Shown: positions 61,916 to 64,000 of the stretch, piece by piece
Layout of the letters: each line of letters begins with the position of its first letter
Position numbering within the stretch: position 1 is the first letter of the stretch
The notes under the pieces: generated by a model
Databases searched by the model: none
Told to the model about the DNA's origin: nothing
What the model saw: only the letters and a program-made list of their open reading frames with translations
Assembly: GCA_976226885.1 (NCBI GenBank)
Contig: OZ320321.1
Coordinates: 22,506,001 to 22,570,000, forward strand
Origin: Iphione sp. A-MEVVRFRX5
Taxonomy: Eukaryota
Length of the DNA stretch: 64,000 nt
Reading direction: 5' to 3'
Position numbers and translations under genes: made by a program

Positions 61916-63289
61916 AGCTGGTGGCATTCAGTTTTTGAGTATCATTTTAATGTCTTTTTACAAAATAAGAGCATTCAGATTCGGAAGTCGAATATTTTGG
62001 TTATGTGAATAGCTAAATAGAGAAAAACGATTTGTTGCAGGATAAAGTGTTCGGATTTCAGAAAATTCGGTTTTCAAATGTGCAGTATTTGAATATCCTC
62101 TGGATTATGTTCCCCTAATCTGTCTCCCTGATTCCTTCATCAAGAACTGGTTCCTTATCGCCCCCATCTTCCCTAAAATAAGGAGCTTTTATGCCTACAA
62201 TACTGAGCGGTTTGAATATTAGATAATAGAGAAAATCAATCCGTTCCAGACAATCATGCATGCCTGGAATAGCAAGGGGAGCGCATTAATGAGGTGACGG
62301 AATACCCAGGGGTCACTGTACACAGTTGGGTTTGTATTTCATGCATCAATGATTAGGAGGCTTTGTGGTTACCTGCGGAGTTGACCTATAAGCCATGAGA
62401 AACTCTCCTATTTCGCTTATTCAATCTTTCAGACTTCTACTTAACTAACAAAGACTGCCTCCATCAATGATTGATTGACAGAATCTAGAGGCCACCGTCT
62501 ATTCTCAATGATTTTTGCACCAGTAGTAGACTTCAAGACAGTGACCTCATACCAACTAATATATAGTATAATCAACAACAACCAATCCACTCTCGCCAGA
62601 AGGTAATGGACCTGAAATATATGCTCCACACACCCAGCATGGACAATTTCGAGGCACAATGTTAGCCACTATTTCTGTATTGTCACATTCACCTGACAGA
62701 CACGGCACCCTTTACAGAACCTTTGGTACCTCTATTAATATTGTGTTACCATAACTTGCTGCCGAGTCCGTTTTTGGTTTTCACACTACATGTACATGTA
62801 CCTTAGTGTCTATTGTGGGCCAGCTGAGCCACCTTTCTTCTCAGATATGGCATTTCTCCTTCAGTCCCACCTGGTCTTGGAACAAATCTTCAATCATATA
62901 GGATCGGGATGTTCTTTTGATGCAAATGACTGTCAACATCAACCCACCTCCTATTGGTATATATATATATATATACATACACACGTCCCCAACCCCCTTA
63001 GGCAAGACCATGAGCAGTGACACACAAGTAGGACTTTCTGGCACCTTATGTATAATATCAGAGTCAAGTAGCTCATTTAACTTCTCATGAAGCTTTACCC
63101 TCAGGCCAAAGGGAATATGCCTAACTTCTTGTGTAACATCTTTGACCCTTCAATCAATGTAAATCTCTGCCTCGTACCACTTGAGGCATCCTACAGCAAT
63201 GAAAAGCTGTTAGTATCTGGCAAAAAGTTACCCTATTAGACTCACCTTCACACTATTTACCCCAAAACCAATCTACAAGATCCCTAACT

Positions 63290-64000
63290 CTTCTGATATG
63301 GCTCTACCTAGTACTACCTTGCCCTTTTAACTATTGTTTCTTGCTTGTTATGGTTTCCATTTTCCTCGTAATTGTTAGTGAGATGTCTAGCCTTCAGACA
63401 AATACATGCATATGACATATGACCCCTAGCAACATAATTCCAATACTCCGGAATTTGCCCACTCTCCTTTGGTTTTGCTGCCACTGAGCTGCTTAAACCG
63501 GAGGATCTCTATTATTTCCAGATACGGCTGTCTATGTAAACATGCTGCAGACACCACTGAGAGTACGAGGGACCAGGAAAAGATCAGTTTGATTTTCTAA
63601 ACACTCGGTTCCATTTGGTCTGAACTTACTTGGCTCAATCCAGCCGAGTCCTTATTTCTATTTATTATACATCTGACAGACTAGATCTGCTCTAAATTTC
63701 AATGATCCCAGACATCATTCAGTCACTCAAGCGACATGGTCAGCCAGATCCTAGGATCTAATCAACTAGTTCCAGTTAACATCCATTTTTGCCCACACAA
63801 CCCCTCTCGATACTCCAGCCTATGGACTATATCACTCTAGCTGATGGGGGTAATTGTTCTTTAGCCCTTACACGTTATAGAAGATTTATTATTCTCAGTG
63901 TCTACAGAAAGAGTCAGTACAGACTAACAATTTCAAATCTATCACCTGCTGAGGCCCACACATTAGTACCAACAACAACTTCGGTAACCTACTGACTCAT
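63290..64000 (-). mobile_element. Highly decayed RTE-like LINE, reverse-transcriptase C-terminal region
   Basis: Minus-strand remnants resembling (Y)LGSL..., EIRTRL.. and a GH...ITRKME...G..R tail, with many stops and frameshifts. Confidence 0.45.

Noticed and set aside
62450-62700. Possible CR1/L2 endonuclease remnant (RPPSILNDFCT...)
   Set aside because: Too degenerate to call without a profile search.

Overview
Eukaryotic (metazoan) genomic DNA: AT-rich introns and intergenic sequence, GC-rich exons, many microsatellites, transposon debris and four N gaps. The taxon cannot be determined; a marine invertebrate is a guess from repeat style. I saw no rRNA, tRNA or CRISPR. One minus-strand gene spans about 10.0-59.4 kb. 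I joined its exons by hand using GT-AG sites, and every junction is phase-compatible. The model encodes about 2,118 aa: a ~1,750-aa Ser/Gly/Arg/acidic low-complexity N-terminus carried mostly by two ~2.5-kb exons, with a C4 zinc ribbon, then an F-box and a C-terminal LRR solenoid of the FBXL (AMN1/RNI-like) type. The most notable signal is exon duplication at the 3' end. The last coding exon occurs as two intact, equal-length (91-nt) paralogous copies (13187-13277 and 10001-10091), plus a third dead copy (14286-14386; acceptor AG>AT, frameshift). A partial duplicate of an internal LRR exon keeps its acceptor (23570-23635). Several MITE families with visible TIRs and TSDs, a Penelope GIY-YIG fragment, an RTE-like LINE fragment and an LTR-like repeat are also present.
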